From: Escherichia phage vB_EcoM_FJ1
Direction: 5' to 3' (one strand)
Length of the DNA: 64,000 bases
Sequence record: MZ170040.1
This document shows, one piece after another, positions 63,540 through 64,000 of this stretch. Numbering within the stretch: position 1 is the first letter of the stretch; every line of letters starts with the position of its first letter. The notes below the pieces were generated by a model, which saw only the letters and a list, made by a program, of their open reading frames with translations, was not told the origin of the DNA and ran no database searches. The position numbers and the translations under genes are program-made.

Positions 63540-64000
63540 TTATCCTCGGATAAGTTTAAAAATTGAACAATTTAGCGGGTATCCTCTTTTCAGTTTAAGT
63601 TTATCAATAAAAGACAAGTTTTGATACCGCTCTACACCTTGAATAATTTTATCACACATATCATATTGCATTTCTGCTTCTGACAACTTTTTCACAGTTT
63701 TCCAATCCGAGCCTTTAAGAAGAACGTTCAGTTTAACAACTTCAGCGCCTTCTGCTATGCGAGAACCATCAATACGAGCTTTAAGTGCTATAATCATCAG
63801 CTTAATGTCAGAGGTCTGTTTTGATTTAGAAAGCTGAGAAATGTGCTCAATTCGGTTTTCACGTTTTTTCTGTATAGCTTTAATTTGATTATAAGTCTTT
63901 TTGATTTTAGCCCATTTCTTTTCATCTAAATTTAGTTTATGAACTTTTTTCGCAGATGAACGACCAATTCGCAAAGCAAACAAATCACGCTTTTCAATCA
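63540..64000 (-). CDS. hypothetical protein, 5' end beyond window (srd position)
   Basis: Open frame continues to window edge; Lys-rich. Confidence 0.5.
   Translation of the reverse strand, partial: IEKRDLFALRIGRSSAKKVHKLNLDEKKWAKIKKTYNQIKAIQKKRENRIEHISQLSKSKQTSDIKLMIIALKARIDGSRIAEGAEVVKLNVLLKGSDWKTVKKLSEAEMQYDMCDKIIQGVERYQNLSFIDKLKLKRGYPLNCSIFKLIRG

Overview
This window reads as a contiguous segment of a T4-like (T-even, Tevenvirinae) lytic phage genome, gene-for-gene syntenic with T4 from the baseplate hub genes to dda. Identifications rest on synteny, protein lengths and motifs read by eye and recalled from memory; no database search was run. Layout: (1) plus-strand late baseplate genes 51(partial)-27-28-29-48-54 (1-5746); (2) a long minus-strand early/middle block (5775-33436) with alt, DNA ligase 30 and the 30.x genes, rIII, 31, cd, pseT, a spanin pair, alc, rnlA, denA, nrdB, nrdA, td, frd, 32, a GIY-YIG homing endonuclease, 59, 33, dsbA, rnh; (3) plus-strand late tail-fibre and lysis genes 34-35-36-37-38-t (33526-44734); (4) a second minus-strand block (44735-64000) with asiA, arn, motA, 52, ac, stp, ndd, small membrane peptides, denB, rIIB, rIIA, an unsplit 39, a motB-like gene, dexA and dda. 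Genes are tightly packed with frequent ATGA/TAATG overlaps, GC-rich tetraloop hairpins at gene ends, early promoters (GTTTAC...TATAAT) and late promoters (TATAAATA). No tRNA, rRNA, CRISPR array or integrase was seen. Several ORF-track starts are upstream TTG/GTG extensions and were trimmed to the ATG that matches the T4 protein. Points worth a second look: a transmembrane-peptide frame running in-frame past the UGA stop of gene 52; a GC-rich 355-bp non-coding island between the 30.x cluster and rIII; a decayed duplicate of the alt 5' end abutting a 54-bp promoter cassette repeated upstream of alc; a family of repeated promoter/stem-loop cassettes; a NADAR/YbiA-like protein and a DUF4326-like protein near the Alt ADP-ribosyltransferase; an extra ORF between td and frd; and a T2-type receptor module (long gp37 with a C-terminal chaperone-like domain plus a glycine-rich gp38 adhesin). 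I found no clearly novel multi-gene system; the candidates are individual anomalies.
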